Assembly (NCBI GenBank): GCA_002269645.1
Contig: NIVC01000867.1
Span: 248,001-312,000 of the forward strand
Reading direction: 5' to 3'
Length of the DNA stretch: 64,000 nt
Origin: Macrostomum lignano
Lineage: Eukaryota
The notes below the pieces were generated by a model, which was not told where the DNA came from, did no database searches, and saw only the letters and a program-made list of their open reading frames with translations. Both the position numbers and the translations under genes were made by a program. Below, one piece after another: positions 34,401-46,299 of this stretch (position 1 is the stretch's first letter; every line of letters starts with the position of its first letter).

Positions 34401-35823
34401 AGGTCGATATTGGGTTCTAGAGATCGATAAAGGGTTTTTTAGACGTTTAGCCAATGGGTTCTAAAGGTCCCTATAGATCGCTGTGACTTCTAGAGGCTGC
34501 TTTGTGGGTTCTAGATGTCGATTTGGACTTTAGACGTCAGTAAATGGGTTCTAAAAGTCGATGTTGAATTCCCAGAGACGTCGATATGAGATTCTAAAGA
34601 TCAGTAATGAGTTTGAGGCTGAGGTTATCTAGAAACTATAGGTACGGCTTTTAGATAGATAGAGTCGATATGGGTCTTAGAGGCGCAGGTTCAAGTTGAA
34701 AATACATGTAAGGTTGCGGGTGTCCGCGGATTTCTTGACAAAAATCTGCATGCGATATCTAACATACCCAGTCATTCGAGCTTTGGTTTAGACATTTTCA
34801 TTAGCCTCGGCTGTCTGCTGATTCTCAAGAAAGGTTAGCTTTCACTGACAGCTGACTAGCGCTGTGCAGTTTTAACACCGTTCATTAACGGTCGGTCTAG
34901 GGTTTTAAATCGAGGAAATAATACAGTAGAATAAAAAATATTGCCGATAGGAAATCAGGGTTTCTGGGTATCAGAACTCACACACTGAAAAAACGTGTCA
35001 GAACCCAGACAGACATTTAAAAATGTCAGGACCCAAAGAGATGCTCAGAAAGGGTGTCAGGACCCAGAGAGATGCTCAGAAAGGTGTCAGGACCCAGGGA
35101 GATGCTCAGAAAGGGTGTCAGGACCCAGAGAGATGCTCAGAAAGACGCTAGGAAAGGGTGTCAGGACCCAGACAGACTCTAGGAAAGGGTGTCAGGACTC
35201 AGCTAGAGACACGGAGAAAGGGTTATTTATATCGCGCTTCATCACTCTAGTCACTTACGTAGCTTTATACACGCCCTGCCAACCTAAAAACGCATCCAGG
35301 ACCAACAACCAACATTGCGGTGTCTCCTCTACAACGCTCCCTACCGGCTAGTGCCAGAAACCTCAAGCACATGGCCACTCATGGCGATGTTAAAGCAGCC
35401 GATGACACCGACAACTGCTGGCACAGCAGCCGTGCGGGCTCGCCAGTGCAGCAATACCAACGCGACGAGGCCATCCGTGAGCGTTATCCGGTCAATAGAC
35501 GCCAGGACGCAAGCGGACGCGTTAATAAATGTAGGCAACGCACACTGCATCGAACTCTGTGCTTCTGCAGTCTGGAGTACGGCGAAATCACCGCTGCAAG
35601 AGAGGAGTCGCTCGGTAGAGAAGGGAGTCCAGCGGATCGAGACAACGACCTAAGGACGCCCCTGGCACAGCCGCACGCGCCCAGAGGCGGCTACCGGGAG
35701 GGTGTCAGCAAGGACTGGCAGTTGGTCAGCCTGGCCGCTGATCGCCTGTTCTTCTGGCTATTCGTAGTCGCCTCCGCGTTGCTGCAAGCGTTCATCTTCT
35801 GGGATGTGTCGTTTGTTCAGTAG
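25491..35823 (+). CDS. Nicotinic acetylcholine receptor-like Cys-loop channel subunit (alpha-type, cation-selective), about 608 aa
   Basis: Exons 25491-25578 (signal peptide MSPNSSLAKRLMPLLMFINIGLLMLLPLQ, not in the ORF track), 30044-30309, 31424-31468, 31572-31681, 31899-32079, 32458-32818, 33467-33718, 35300-35823; all phases match. SRPV, WLPDI, Cys-loop CEFDIELFPFDSQIC, loop B SWT, vicinal CC in loop C, M1 LFYIMNLIFPC, M2 GEKVNLEITILLALVVF, M4 DWQLVSLAADRLFFWLF. Confidence 0.93.
26104..26179 (+). mobile_element. SINE family 1, 3' tail only (5'-truncated)
   Basis: AAAATGGTGCCAGCATTAGCTGGGGTAATTG...GGCGACCCCCCAGTCCTTGGACTGAACAGCCGTACGCAG matches the tails of the 32135 and 53972 copies. Confidence 0.8.
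26510..27490. repeat. 16-bp minisatellite GAAGATTCGAGTTTGT
   Basis: Direct inspection. Confidence 0.95.
28170..29030. repeat. 12-bp satellite ACTCATGAACTC
   Basis: Direct inspection; source of the HELT/MSEF/NSLM ORFs. Confidence 0.97.
32135..32350 (-). mobile_element. SINE family 1, near full length, intronic in the nAChR-like gene
   Basis: Reverse complement gives tRNA head, CORE-like domain and the shared tail. Confidence 0.88.
32895..33375. repeat. 22-bp minisatellite GAGGAATTCCCTAGCTATCAAA with a terminal inverted block
   Basis: Forward units about 32895-33245; reverse-complement units about 33278-33375. Confidence 0.92.
33790..34450. repeat. 20-bp minisatellite TTCTAGAGGTCGATATTGGG
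   Basis: Direct inspection. Confidence 0.92.
34995..35215. repeat. About 30-bp minisatellite GTGTCAGGACCCAGAGAGATGCTCAGAAAG
   Basis: Direct inspection. Confidence 0.85.
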
Positions 35824-35875
35824 CTAGGCATAGACTCGATGTCAAATACCTTTTCGAGGTTGCGTTGTCACTAAC

Positions 35876-35946
35876 GCCAACCCCCATGAAGGCGCAGAGA
35901 GTGTACATGACGTCTGACGATTAGAAAGTCAGGGCCGCTTTGCACC
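35876..35946 (+). mobile_element. SINE family 2 central structured domain, in the 3' UTR region of the nAChR-like gene
   Basis: GCCAACCCCC...GGCGCAG..AGTGTACATG...CTGAC...GTCAGGGCCGCT.TGCAC aligns with 37019-36949. Confidence 0.75.
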
Positions 35947-36126
35947 CTTCTAAATGTAAATAGGACTTTTGAAAATATATCCAGCACAGATCGTAAGGTG
36001 GGGAACAGAGCACTGGGGGGCCTTCACAGAATTTACTTTAGGGCAGACGCTCCTTTATTCTCATCGTTCTGGTACGAGCTTAAGACTAAAAAACCTAGCT
36101 ATACGAGTATTTATTACCATTATTAG

Positions 36127-37223
36127 TATACTTTTTTGCGAACTAGTTTGCCAAAACTGCAATCAATTTTTCCCGCGGAAAATATCACTTATACTTTTGC
36201 TGTCTAGGCCAAGTCTGTTCAGTCATGACCAGAGTTTCAGCCACAGACAACTCTTTGAAAACTGCAATCAATTTTGCCAAAACTGCGACCTAGTTTGCCC
36301 ATAGCAAGCCAAGAAGAATTTTTATTGAGGATCAATTCGGAAGTGTGACGAAATAAACTGTAACAGTGAACAATAAACAGCGAGTTTATAATGGAGACGT
36401 AGGCACAAATGCTCTCAATCATAGCATTGTTAAGGGACCTCCGCTTGGCACCTCCGCGAGGCAGAGGCTCTATACGACCGGTTGCGTTGAATTGTCCAAC
36501 TATGTAAGTCACGGTTCTTCGCGAGATGCCCAACAGCCTACCGAAATCTTGCCAGTCCTCTCCATCCTGATATGCTTGAATCAATCGCTGCCGGTCCTTT
36601 GCTGAAATCCTGTTATAAGGTCCACGCTGGGCCATTCTTTGATCTTGCTATGTATGTCTGTGGTGTTTTCTTTGCTATGGGCAAACTGGGTCGCAGTGTG
36701 GGCAAAATTGATTGCAGTTTTCAGAGTTGTCTGTGGCTGAAACTCTGGCCATGACTGAGCAGACTTGGCCTAGACAGCAAAATTATAAGTGATATTTTTT
36801 TTATTAGAGGCAGGGGGGTTGTGTGCACCCGGGCGCACTTTAAGCGACATTGGCACACAACCGGCGAGAGGCATTGCTGCCCATTCCGCCGACTCCCCTG
36901 AGCAGGCATACAAGCGCGCGGATACGTACGCAGGCACACACTCACACAGGAGTGTACAGCGGCCCTAACTTTATATTATCGTTAGGCATGTACACTTCAC
37001 TGCGCCTTGGGGGGTTGGCTCTCAAGGCCGTTAATTGCACGAGCAGAGCCAAGCCGAGATTCCAATTCAGCCCCAAATTAATGTGACTGCACTTGGAATC
37101 GAGCCTGGGTCGCTGGCACACCAGAGCAGCTGCGCTACCGCTGGGCTACGGCCCCCATAAGTGATATTTTTCCGCGGGCGAAATTGATTGCAGTTTTGGC
37201 AAACTAGATCGCAAAAAGGTATA
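36127..37223 (-). mobile_element. Non-autonomous IS630/Tc1-mariner element with about 180-bp TIRs and an N-terminal HTH remnant
   Basis: Left TIR about 36129-36306; right TIR about 36669-36799 plus 37157-37221, split by the SINE; TA flanks. ORF 36635-36237 begins MAQRGPYNRISAKDRQRLIQAYQDGEDWQDFGRLLGISRRTVTYIVGQFNATGRIEPLPRGG (paired-like HTH), then runs into TIR sequence; no DDE domain. Confidence 0.88.
36800..37156 (-). mobile_element. tRNA-derived SINE, family 2, full length, with poly(A) tail and about 15-bp TSD
   Basis: Head GGGGGCCGTAGCCCAGCGGTAG...GGCTCGATTCC, 3' end [32 protein letters not shown] at 36785-36799 and 37157-37171. It interrupts the right TIR of the Tc1-like element. Confidence 0.88.
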
Positions 37224-39398
37224 TTATCGAATAGATAAAGTTGAATAGCAATTTGATGAATGGCATGCAAGACCTCTCGGCAAATAAAGCAAGTTCAGAG
37301 AATGTTTTAGCAGCATTTTTCTTGTCTATTTTTGTCGACGAATGCTTGTCTGGAAAGCTTTAACAAATCTTAGGGAAATCCGTTTAGCAAACAAACTGGA
37401 AATGGATTTTGCCGTTGAATAAGTCATGTTCAACAGTCTTCTATTCAAAGTTTGTCAAGTAAAGCCTGTTTAGTCAACGCTCAAATAAACACATTTGAAG
37501 TACAGGTGGGGATATTGATATAAAGTATTGATATAAATTGTCGATTCAATGCTATTATTATACAGGCTGAAAACTTTCCTAAATCAGTTAAAGCCAATTT
37601 CCGGTGAAATTAGTGATATAAAAAGTGCCTGAACATGTCAGCTGTTCCAACGTGGAAGCCTTCAAGGTTTTCCAAGGAACAATAACCCCGTACTTCAACA
37701 CTTAGCTGGCTGCGGTAGGGCAGAAGTCAGTTGTGGGGATTCTTTTTAAAAGGATTTACAGATTTTCTTCATTGTACAAAACAGTAAGTGTACCAAGAAC
37801 CATCGAAGGTTACATAACACGTATATCCACTGTGTACATGAAAAGTCGATGTACAAAATATATTAAAGATTATTGAAATCATAGCTCGTAGATTTTTACC
37901 GTAAAAAATAGATGTTCAGCGATTCAGCAACTACATGCACCGCTTTCATTCATGGAACTAGCGCCATCGCCTTTTTAATTCAAAATTAACAGTCAAACGG
38001 TCTTGATTTAAAGTACAAACTAATCAGTTGATAAACTGTCGATTTAGTAGTTATTGTATTTCTTCTGCTACACAGAAATAGAATATAAGGGTCGTTTGTC
38101 TGTTAATTTAGTTAAAGTAGCTAGTTTTGTTGTAATGCAGTCTACGGCCAGTTATTTTTCGCTCCGAATAGTTGTTTGATTATCGTTTAACGAGCATATA
38201 GATTCTTAGAATTTGTCGCTCTCTGAATAGTTCAAAGCTATACTGTTATTATTTTTGCGCTGAAGCTAAATTTTATTTTCAATAACTACTTCAACTTGTT
38301 TCAGTTTGTTTAAAGCTTTGGTGCTACACTGTAGTTTATTTGTGAGTGACTATACTGAGTTCTGCAAACCTACGTTTTGCAATTGTAGTTTGTGATGACA
38401 CGATCAGCACTAATTTACAATATTCAAACATCGCATCAGATAATCCTAGCTGCTGAACATTGTGCATGCATCATTTGAACTGATTCCGCGACTAAAAAGT
38501 ACATTGTGTATGCGTTAATCTAAAATAAATAATTAAACGAAATAAATTACTTTCGTGTTGCATTATTGCTTTTGCAAGAAATTTACGAGATAAAACATTT
38601 AATCAGGCAAAATAAAAGTTTATTGAAGTAATAAGCAGATTCTATTTACACACACATACCGGTATATATAGTTAAATATAGCGAATGTAGATTTAGAAAA
38701 AAATAGCTTTGCTTTGAATGCAAAACACATTCTTCATTAATTCAAAAGGAGTATTGTTATACTTTGACAATTATGTTGATGACGACTTAAGTACAAGGAC
38801 GGGAACCCTTGCTCTAAAAAACAAATTCTATCTACTGGTTGAGCGTACAAATAATCTATTGCAGATTTGGGTAGTTTTAATTTTTTAGAAATTATCATAC
38901 ATTTTTAAGGATTTTTTGAAAGCGTTATAATTCTTATAATTTTATATAGCTTTTTTGAAATAAAAAAGTATCACATCTTCGATGAAATAAGCTTGAAAGA
39001 TTGAAGACAACTGCTGATTTTTCTTAAAACTTTAGAAGATAAAGCTTTATAGAAATCAATAGAGTAAGAAATATTTTAAACGACCACAAAACAAGCATTT
39101 TAATAAAAATGATCGTCAAAATAATGAAACTGTTTATATATACGTATTTTTCCGAGTAAAACCCGACCATGCAATCTTAGAACTTTTTTTTAAAGACGAG
39201 GTTTCCCAATCTACTTAAGCAGCGATTCCTTGAATGATACATAGTAGAGTATACATTAAAATAACAAATATTGTTGTAACGGTATATTATATACTAATAC
39301 TTTGCCAGTTTTCTAATAGCTATGCATGTGAAAACTGAATAAACAAACAAAATGAGATTACGGTTTTACCATTACCATATTAATGCATAAGTAATATA

Positions 39399-39788
39399 CA
39401 GGGTGTCCCATAAGTAACTCTACAACTTGTTTCGTGAACAACTTTGTGACCAATGCTTGGATCCCCACCAGATTTTAGCATAGGAAAATATATAGAAAAG
39501 GGATTTTTTGACACCAAAAGCATGTTCATACGTTAAAAAATACAGTCCGTTCAGGGTCCTTCGATGTGGCCACCGCCGTTTGTAAGGCAGGCCTCCAGCC
39601 GCCGCGGAAAGTCCAGCAGGGCTTTGGTAAGCGTCTCAGGCGAAATTTGGGCCTGATATGAACATGCTTTTGGTGTCAAAAAATCCCTCCTCTATATATT
39701 TTCCTATGCTAAAATCTGGTGGGGATCCAAGCACCAATCACAAAGTTATTCACGAAACAAGTTGCAAAGTCACTTATGGGACACCCTG
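39399..39788 (-). mobile_element. Internally deleted Tc1/mariner element (390 bp)
   Basis: TA|CAGGGTGTCCC...GGGACACCCTG|TA with about 130-bp TIRs. The core encodes the transposase C-terminus QISPETLTKALLDFPRRLEACLTNGGGHIEGP-stop. Confidence 0.92.
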
Positions 39789-41537
39789 TACTTTTGTATA
39801 TTATTTACAAGAAATCAATAAAAAAATTCTGCCCAAGCCTCGGATCAAAATAGTTCAGAAATACACAAAAATTCATTCATGTGTAAGTTTTATCATATTT
39901 ATATACTCTAATGAGCCTAAATAAATAATTCTAGAATAATATAACAAAAGTTCAAGTTGTTCTCGGCCTTCGCGCAACCACACTGACGTCACCGTCTTCG
40001 CTGGCAGTGTCGGCACTGCTCGCCCCAGTCGGAGTATTTTCCACTGCGGTTCAATAGAAAATCAAATCAATAATCATAGACATTAAAAAAGTTATATAAG
40101 TTCTAAACTTTTATATAATCAATTTCTAATATTATCAATGATCATATATTGTTCATGTGAAAGTTGGCATAACTTCAGCTTAGTGCTACTTACGTTACAT
40201 TACGGATCATAATACATAACTAATCATTCCACGCTTTAAGAACAGCCCGATGAAAACGCTACCCAGGCGTCTCAGAGAAAAGAATTACTCTAGATGACTC
40301 TAAAGTCGCCAAAAAGTCATCAAAGAGTCGCCGAAAAGTAAATTGTCTGGAGCCGTGGAGTTGTATATGAGACGTTCTATAGAGTAGAGTCACTGGATTT
40401 TGTTTAAAGCAAATTTGCATCGCTTGGTGAATTCAAGTCACATCTTTAGCTAAAGTTAAACGTCAAAATTAACAATTCTTTGATGACTCTTTTGCGACTC
40501 TTTTTTACTATTCTTCAACTCACGAGACTTGTTTGAATCGTTCAAAGTCACAAGATGGACAAGAATTTTATAAATAACCTAAAAGCATTACTTGCAGTCA
40601 ATGACAAAAGGTGGTCTGATTTTTTTGTGTTTAAGTTTTAGAGGTTCGCTACACATTGAAGTTACTAGGATGTCTATGCATGTTTTACTGTAGTTTTGAA
40701 ATTCATAAAATTGGCAGATTTAGCGGCAAAATATGGAAATAGACAACTATCCTACTTTTAGTAAGTAATGCACATGCACTGAGACAATTGCAATACCAAT
40801 TGATGTCAATTTAGTAATTAGTAAATGCAATAACTAATCAACTGGTTCAACAAAGCGATGAAAAAGACACTGAAGCAAGCCGAGAACCAATCAACCGTGC
40901 TATTAAAGCGAACCACCTGCTAACTGAAATATCAGAAAGAACTCACCAGTTTCTACTGTTAGTAGCAATAAATATTTTTACACATTATTAGTAGTGTCAG
41001 CGAACGGACAAGACCAATTGTAACTTACATTTATACTTTAACCAAACATATTTATAACAGAACCTAAAAAAATAATCTCCTGACACGTACACAATGCCCT
41101 GTGCAGCGGGTCCATGCCATAGTAAGGGTCGGTCTCTCGACTGCGAAATTTAAATTCACGTAATTAACATATTAAAACAGAATAAGTTGTAAGAATTTGA
41201 ATTAAAGAATGACAACACCGGATGTAAATAATAATAAAAAAATGAAATACGATTTTTACTGAGACAGAAATATAGATAGATCTATCAGTAGCTCAATACA
41301 AGTGAATAGGATTGGAATTAAATTGCAGACAAGCTCCTTAGACACATTAAAGCAGATAAAAAATAATGCACATTTTCTTTAAAGCAAAAAATAACTCACA
41401 CTCGCACATTCAGTAATGCAAATAATTTCAGTGGTATATAAGAATAACTAAATGAAAGTTACTTTAAGTTTTTATATTTTTATAACTAAATAGCTATAAC
41501 TAAATAGCTACTTGATAGCAATTGGCTAATATATTTT

Positions 41538-42456
41538 CCCGCATAAAAGTGGGACTGTAGAAATTGTGACACTGCTTGTCACGCTTGTGACCGTCAGTTA
41601 TTAATGTGACCGTCGATGTGACACTGACACTCAAATGTGACAGTCAAATAAACTGTCACCAGTGTGACCGTCCATGTGACACTCAAAGAAACTGTCACCG
41701 CTGTGACCGTCCATGTGACGTGTGTTTGGTTGTTTTAAGCAATGGTAAAAACTAACAACTTGGTAGAGTAATACTGCCGATGCATCAATTTTTCCATCTA
41801 AAGCTGGTATTATTAAATATGTTAACTAATTACTTTGGATTTCCGTGCATGATCATTAAGTCAAATAAAGTATTTCTACGTGTGTTGTTATACACATGCA
41901 CGTACAATGTATGATATTTCAGGAGAAAACTAATAAATCAATAATATCTAATATCTAATATCTAATCACTGGTTCACTGTCTATCTCCTGCTGCATCTTC
42001 TTAGCAGCCTCCTGATACTCTAGCTGGAAACCACAAGGCGGTCTGGGCTGGTAAGGCTGACTCACTAACTTCCGAACCCTCTCCTGGCCAGAAGGTGACT
42101 TGAACAGCCACTTATTTTTAGATAAAATATCCGAAGGCTTGTTGTCGGACATTATTGGAATGCTCCGAGAGGCAGTGATACAGCATTAAAGGTGGGTATG
42201 ACAGTTATACGACGTACTACAACTGTCAGGCAGGAGACAACACATCGACTGTCACACTTGAGTGTCACATTGACGGTCACAGCGGTGACAGTTTATTTGA
42301 GTGTCACATCGACGGTCACACTTGTGACAGCTTATTTGACTGTCACATCGACGGTCACATTTGAGTGTCACAATGAAGGGTCACATGAGATACCGTCATT
42401 TGAATGTCACAAAACTGTCACATAGTCAAAATGTGACAGTCCCACTTTTATACGGG
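41538..42456. mobile_element. TIR element with CCC termini and inverted subterminal TGTGAC/GTCACA arrays (CMC/EnSpm- or piggyBac-like)
   Basis: Left CCCGCATAAAAGTGGGACTGT, right ACAGTCCCACTTTTATACGGG; TT on both flanks; repeat arrays about 41565-41720 and 42240-42435 in opposite orientation. Confidence 0.72.
41955..42152 (-). CDS. 65-aa ORF inside a TIR element; possible captured exon or transposase fragment
   Basis: Non-repetitive, protein-like sequence MSDNKPSDILSKNKWLFKSPSGQERVRKLVSQPYQPRPPCGFQLEYQEAAKKMQQEIDSEPVIRY in AT-rich surroundings; family not recognised. Confidence 0.35.
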   Translation of the reverse strand: MSDNKPSDILSKNKWLFKSPSGQERVRKLVSQPYQPRPPCGFQLEYQEAAKKMQQEIDSEPVIRY

Positions 42457-45241
42457 TTATTTACAACCATACATATCGAATAATTTTTTTCGATACAAAT
42501 CAGCTAAAAAGTAGTTCGATACATATCGGCTTAAAGAAGCAGTTCGATACATATCGGCTAACAGAAGCATTTTGATACATATCGGCTAAAAGAAGCATTC
42601 CGATACATATCGGCTAAAATATTACTTTGATGGACGGGCTTGAGGTAATACTCGATTTATTTTGCAAAAATGCTAAAAAAATAAAGTAATTTTCGATACA
42701 TATCGGACAAAACTTACTTTCGTTTCGCGTGCGTGTGCAGCATAGCGAGGGCGCAGCACAGCGCCAGATGCAGACAGCCGACAGCGATGGCCAATCCGCC
42801 TAGGCCGGCATTTCGGCCGCCTAACAGGCCGGCAGTGGCCAGAACGAACGATTTGGTGCCGCCAAATCCGGCAACAGGGTAGCTGTAATTCACCAACAGA
42901 CTGTAGTTTCCGGCCGGAAGTCCTTCCGCGTATGCACTTTTATCCGAGTGAATTAGACGGCGATGCAGTTTGCGAAATGTAGGCAGAGCGGCCACCGTCA
43001 TCCAGACCTATTTTTATATATTGTAATTCATTTGTATACGCTTTAGACTTATACTGATTTACGAGTATATTACTGTCATTAAGATTAGGGATTATTAAGT
43101 ATTAGAGATCATTGCAAGTGGATTAAGGATTAGATATTACTGAAAGTGGATTAAGGATTAGATATTACTGAAAGCGGATTAAGGATTATATATTACTGAT
43201 AGTGGATTAAGGATTAGATATTACTGATAGTGGATTAAGGATTATATATTACTGATAGTGGATTGAGGATTAGAGGTCACTGATAGTGGATTAGGGATTA
43301 GAGATCACTGTTAGTGGATTAGGGATTAGAAATTCGTGATAGTGGATTACGGATTAGCGATAGGGATTAGGGACCCTATAAAAGACGCTTACCTGCAGTT
43401 CCTCGTCCCCAGTGTAACCTATCGGACTTCGGGCGGACTCTGGCACAGCCCAGTTTGGTGGCTTAGCTGTTCCATTCCAGGTGTCTACTCGGCCGTATTT
43501 TCTAGCCACATCTGCCGACCAGCTGATACCCTTAACGGTCCATGGCACAGTTTCAAGGCTGCCAACGCGACGCATGAGCTTAAACGTATCGTTGAACAAG
43601 CTGTTAGCCACAGCGCCGCAGGGGGCGATCCATTTGCCGTCGGCGGATGTCCGGTACGGCTCGCATTCGGCGTCCAAGTCGGAGTAGCGACGGCCCGAGA
43701 GCTGCATTCGGTCATGCGACTTGACGTACCTGGGCGACGGGGAATGGAGCAGATTATTAAGGATAACTTATGTGGAACACCTGGTTTTGGATTAAATGAC
43801 TTTGAATGGAAGTCTGGGATGTGAGTGATGGGGTTCGGAATCAGAATTGTAGGATTAAAGACACAAATTGTAGATTTGGGATTAGAAACAAATTTGGGAT
43901 TTGGGGATTAAAGACACGGATTTGGGATTCGGGGATTAAAGACACGGATTTGGGATTCGGGTATTAAAGACACGGATTTGGGATTCGGGGATTAAAGACA
44001 CGGATTTGGGATTCGGGGATTAAAGACACGGATTTGGGATTCGGGGATTAAAGACACAAATTTGGGATTCGGGAATTAAAGACACGGATTTGGGATTCGG
44101 GAATTAAAGACACGAATTTGGGATTCGGGGATTAAAGACACGAATTTGGTATTCGGGGATTAAAGACACGGATTTGGGATTCGGGGATTAAAGACACGGA
44201 TTTGGGATTCGGGGATTAAAGACACGGATTTGGGATTCGGGGATTAAAGACACGGATTTGGGATTCGGGGATTAAAGACACGGATTTGGGATTCGGGGAT
44301 TAAAGACACGAATTTGGGATTCGGGAATTAAAGACACGAATTTGGTATTCGGGGATTAAAGACACGGATTTGGGATTCGGGGATTAAAGACACGGATTTG
44401 GGATTAAAGACACAGATTTGGGATTTGGGGATTAAAGACACGAATTTGGGATTCGGGGATTAAAGACACAGATTTGGGATTTGGGGATTAAAGACACGAA
44501 TTTGGGATTCGGGGATTAAAGACACGAATTTGGGATTCGGGGATTAAAGACACGAATTTGGGATTCGGGGATTAAAGACACAGATTTGGGATTTGGGGAT
44601 TAAAGACACGAATTTGGGATTCGGGGATTAAAGACACGGATTTGGGATTCGGGGATTAAAGACACGGATTTGGGATTCGGGGATTAAAGACACGGATTTG
44701 GGATTCGGGGATTAAAGACACGTATTTGGGGATTAAAGACATGGTCAGTTAAACAGGCTTACTTTCTGTGATTCTGGTGAAAGTTAGTCAGAGCATAGTA
44801 TGCGTACACCTGCCCGGTCATAGGTTTGTCAAGCTTGAACTCCAGCCGGCACTGGCAGACGCTATAATTAGAGTAGAATTCGGGTTTCTTCACTAGATTA
44901 GCGCACGGAGTTCGATCCCCAATGCGTTTACAATCGGTGTAGTCAATTGATAGCTCGGATATGTTGGAATTAGCCAATAGCAAGGCCACACCAAGGCAGA
45001 TAAAGGCAATCGACATGATTAAGAACACGGGAAACACTGTGCCAGCGGTTAGCAACGGTTGCCATGCTGGTAATTTCTGTTGATGAAAAGCTGACGAAGG
45101 TGGACGATTACTGGTGGCACCTGAGGCATTGCCAGCACCAGCGGCTGCTGAGTTGTTGGCACCTTCCAGATCCTCGTCATCGATGTTATCATCGTCTTCT
45201 GGGCGCACTACGGCCTGAGAATCTTCAACAGGTTCCAGCAT
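42186..45241 (-). CDS. TMEM30: CDC50/TMEM30 family P4-ATPase flippase beta subunit, about 380 aa
   Basis: Exons 45241-44763, 43729-43393, 43007-42718 are solid; a terminal exon at 42222-42186 is tentative. Motifs SAFHQQKLPAWQP, YYALTNFHQNHRKYVKS, APCGAVANSLFNDTF, VWMTVAALPTFRKL, NYSYPVAGFGGTKSF, LGGRN. Confidence 0.93.
42490..42705. repeat. About 30-bp repeat built on CGATACATATCGGCT
   Basis: Direct inspection; palindromic core CGATA...TATCG. Confidence 0.8.
43090..43345. repeat. About 29-bp minisatellite AGTGGATTAAGGATTAGATATTACTGAT
   Basis: Direct inspection. Confidence 0.88.
43880..44740. repeat. 28-bp minisatellite GGGATTCGGGGATTAAAGACACGGATTT
   Basis: Direct inspection. Confidence 0.96.
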
Positions 45242-45444
45242 GTTGGATTTTTATCAATTTTTTTGTATCGATTCAATAATTGCTTCCTGGTGGCTACATA
45301 AAGTAGTTCACGTAAATTGCGCTTTTTAAAACCAACTGACAATAAAATTGATGTACTTTATGTACAAATACATAGCCACAATACTTGAAAACTTGTTATT
45401 TTTCCACAACACAGCCAGCCTAGCCATTTGAGAAAGTAAAAATA

Positions 45445-45720
45445 GGTGACACTCTAATTACCACATGAAGACACTCTAATTACCATCCGGAGACAATCTA
45501 ATTACCACCTGAAGACACTCTAATTACCACCTGGAGTCACTTTAATCACCACCTGGAGTCACTTTAATTACCACCTGGAGTCACTCTAATTACCACATGA
45601 AGACACTCTAATTACCATCCGGAGACAATCTAATTACCACCTGCAGACACTCTAATTACCACATGAAGACACTCTAATTATCATCCGGAGACAATCTAAT
45701 CACCACCTGTAGAGACACTC
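45445..45720. repeat. 22-bp minisatellite CACTCTAATTACCACCTGGAGA
   Basis: Direct inspection. Confidence 0.88.
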
Positions 45721-46299
45721 TACAGTCTATACTCTATAGTTGCCATCTAAATACATACTAATAAAAATATCAGAAAAACACAGTGAAAATCAAGAAAACA
45801 AAATCGCCTTTGAAAATGTATTTAGACGCAAACAAAATAAACACAGACTCGAACTGAGGAAGCAGTTTTGCTTGATTTTTGTTACTAAAATAAGCATACA
45901 AGGAAGCAGATTTATAGTAAGTGTATAGTTTACATGCAAATAAATATCTACGCTAACAAACTAATATTAGCAATCGATTTTTATTAGTTTAGAATAACGC
46001 AAATTATACAATTATTCGCTATAGAAACAGTTTAAAATAATTTTTGTACTTGAAGATTAAATAGCAGAGGATGGATTGCAGTGACATGTCAAATTTAATA
46101 AGTAAGATATTTGAGCGCAGAAAAGAATAGACATAGCTTTGATTATAACAGGACATGCGTAGTAAGCAATTAGAGACAATTGGAAACTTTTTAGTAATTC
46201 AGCTATGAGCTTCTGAAACTCAACTGTATGTACTTTGCAAGTGACACTTTTCAGACAAATAAAGAAGTTGTGGCTAGCTAAAGTTAAAAGGAACGATTT

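Noticed and set aside
35914-35935. CTGACGA...GAAA as a hammerhead ribozyme (also at 19920)
   Set aside because: No stem II, no stem I adjacent to the core, and the full-length SINE copy has CTAACGA; CTGAC instead pairs with GTCAG.
40302-40500. Short imperfect inverted repeat (GAGTCGC...GTCATCAAAGA)
   Set aside because: Only about 25 bp, no TSD or second copy; too weak to call a MITE.
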